DNA of 63,276 nucleotides, the filler included, from Hausera hauseri (Eukaryota), in assembly GCA_046269625.1 (NCBI GenBank). It is 9 parts of 9 records of this genome, joined end to end, with 100 filler letters (N's around TTAATTAATTAA, not from the genome) between each part and the next. Parts side by side here need not be neighbours in the genome. Positions count along the whole stretch, not along the records: positions 57,865 to 63,276 come from JBJURY010260066.1; 8 more parts are not named here. One strand, written 5' to 3'. The number at the start of each line of letters is the position of its first letter. Position 1 is the stretch's first letter. The notes under the pieces are model-generated. The model was not told the origin of the DNA. It did no database searches and worked only from the letters and a program-made list of their open reading frames with translations. The translations under genes and the position numbers were made by a program. This document shows, in pieces, positions 60,886 through 63,276 of this stretch.

Positions 60886-63276
60886 CTATGCTAAGTTTAG
60901 CATCGTTTGCATGACATTTAACAATTTAGCGATATTCTCTGCTTTTACTTCTCCTTCATCCACGCTTTTAGCTTTGCTTGTTTTACTTTTACTCTGTACT
61001 TCCGCTTCTATTATTACTTTAGGTTTACTTATGTCCCGTTTCATCATTGTACTTTGATTTCCTATTTCGTCTGGGTTTTCTTTCCCGTTAACTACTTCGG
61101 CTAACTGTTTTCTTAACTTCGTTATTGTTTCTATCTTCTCTGTATTTTCTTCTGCTAGTCTAGCGGAATGGTTTTCCACTTCTCGTATCATCTCTTCCTT
61201 TTCTTGTACTTTGCCTTGGAGTTCATTAACTTCCATCTCTACTTTTCGTTTGGCTTTTGTTAATTTTTCCACCATGTCTCGCATGCCGTTCATTTCTTTA
61301 TCTTCCTCAGCCACTGTCATTGCTCTTGGCCTACTTTCGCCATGTGCTCCGGTTTCAGCGACCTTCTTTTCTTTTAATTTCTCTGTTTGATTTACCCGGT
61401 TTTTCTCTTTTAACTGCCTTCTTAGCTCATTTATTATCCCGATTTGTTTCATATTTTCTGCTTTCAAACTCATCGTCTGTAGCTCTTTTCCCTTTCTTTT
61501 CGTTTTTGATTGCATGGCTTCACTTATTGGAATTCTTGACCTTTTCTCACCAACTTCTGCTATACTTGCTTCTACTTGATTTCTTTCTTTTTCTTGTTTC
61601 TTTCTAACTTCTTCTGCTCTCTTCTTATACATTCTTCGTAATGCCGCTTCCCTCTTGATTTTCGCTAGTGGTTCATCTTCTGTGGATGTACCTGAATCTC
61701 TGAGTCGTTTTAGTCTCTTGACCATTTGGTCTAACTCCGACGTTTCCGTTTCCGTATCTTCTACTAATGTGTCTGAACTACTATCATCCGGTTCCGTGTC
61801 GTCTTTCTGTTCACCTTGCGTTTCTTCATCATCTCCTTCGTCTTCCTGTGCTTCTCTTTTTTCTCGATCTTCTAGACGTCTTTTCCTTTCTAGTATAGGC
61901 ATGTCGCTATCTTCTGACGAGCTGGTTCGTATAGTTCTTCGTCTCTTTAACTGTTGTGCCCTTGCTTCTTCAAATTTCTTTCTCGCTGCTGCTCTGGTGT
62001 TTTGATATGGGGCGGTCATCTCAGTTTCTTTTTCTGTTCTCACTTCCGTTTCGTTTTTCGTTCCAGTTTCTGTTCTCGGTTTTATTGGGTATGGGATTGC
62101 TATTTCATATCTGGTGTCACTTTCTTCTTCGCTTGACGTTTCGCTACTACTTGAACTTTCTTTATCAGATGGATCTGAACTGCTTGATGTCTTTGGTGGT
62201 ACCACATATCTCGCTTTTCGTTTTCCGTCTTTCATCTCAGCTTTGGGCTCTTCTAACATTTTCCTGTTGTCTTTTCTCAGTTGACTGGTAGTTGTTGTCA
62301 CTTCATGTTTTGTAAGTTGGTTCGTTATAAAATATGATATTGGTCCTCTTTTTTCAATTATTTTGTACCCTGGTAACCAGTTATTCTCCATTTTTGAACT
62401 TTTCCTGTGCTTCCTGTAATATACCCTGTCTCCTACTTCGAATTCTTGCTCTACTGACTTAGGATCTGCGTATTTCTTTCGTTTTTGGAATGCTTTTCTT
62501 ACATTTCTACTAACTTTAGTCGTGATCTCATGTAACTTTTGTAGTAGATACTGATGAAATTCTTCGCCTTGATATCTTAACCTTGGTTTCAACAAGTTGT
62601 CGACTGGTAATCTCGGTTCTCTGCCGAACATCATTTCATATGGTGAATATTTCCTACTACCATTCTCCATCACACGTATTACCATCGCTGCTTGACTTAG
62701 ATAGAGATCCCACTCTTTTGGTTGGTCGTTCGTATGTTTCGCTATTATGTCATACAATGTAGAGTGTTGTCTCTCATTAATGCCGTTAGCTCTCGGGTTG
62801 TAGCAAGATGTCGTTACATGTTTGATGTTTAACTCTTTTAATGTTTCTTTCATTGCCTTATTTACAAACTCTCTTTCATTATATGTGGCTATTATTTGGT
62901 GACATCCATATCTCGGAATAAAACTTCCTAATAATATTTCTATTATATTCTCTGCCGATTTATCTGGCACTGCGTATAATTCCGGCCATCCGCTATATAC
63001 GTCCACAATGTGTAAGATATGTTACTTCCTGAGGCTGTAATTGGATGGGGTCCCGAAAGATCTAAACTTATCTTTTCGATTTGAAAGTTCGCATATTCGG
63101 GTTCTTGTATTGGATGTTTCAGTATTTCCATATTTCTCAATTTACACACTTCACAATTTTTGACATAATTTCCTATTTCTTGAGTCATGTTCTTCCAATA
63201 ATACTTTCTGCTAATCAGTTTGCTAGTTCTGTCTCTACCAAGGTGTCCTAACTTGTCGTGATGTTGTTGCATTACA
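60886..63276 (-). CDS. pol: Gypsy integrase with ~450-aa acidic/coiled-coil C-terminal extension (frameshift ~63020)
   Basis: GHLGRDRT..YYW..C..C, DLSGPHP, YNPRANGINER, SPYEMMFGREP; closely similar to the integrase at 23832-24350. Confidence 0.92.

Noticed and set aside
1-63276. Clustering of Gypsy, BEL and Polinton elements as a nested island or piRNA cluster
   Set aside because: The elements sit on separate concatenated contigs, so adjacency across spacers carries no information.

Overview
This is not one locus. It is nine unrelated AT-rich eukaryotic (probably invertebrate animal) contigs joined by artificial 100-nt spacers (44 N + TTAATTAATTAA + 44 N): 1-4381, 4482-13283, 13384-17841, 17942-23731, 23832-30357, 30458-37745, 37846-52939, 53040-57764, 57865-63276. 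Most of the content is mobile DNA: several Ty3/Gypsy elements, BEL/Pao remnants, a decayed Polinton/Maverick with a TBP-like gene, and host gene fragments. The standout is contig 37846-52939, a circularly closed, apparently intact ~15.0-kb Ty3/Gypsy element with PPT, an 897-bp LTR and a tRNA-Arg-type PBS. Its single uninterrupted ~3,760-aa polyprotein reads Gag - helical linker with a ubiquitin-like domain - internal signal peptide - chuvirus-like fusion glycoprotein - TM - tail with PTAP/PPxY/LYPx3L late motifs - PR - RT - RNase H - IN - second signal peptide - FN3-like domain. The envelope therefore sits between gag and pol. The usual env slot after pol holds a splice-acceptor-preceded ORF with an apparently catalytically dead REX4/ISG20-like exonuclease. 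Decayed relatives on two other contigs (13384-17841, ~54200-55043) suggest a family. A separate Gypsy family with a conventional F-type env (23832-30357 and 57865-63276) is also present. All domain calls are by-eye motif recognition; no searches were run.
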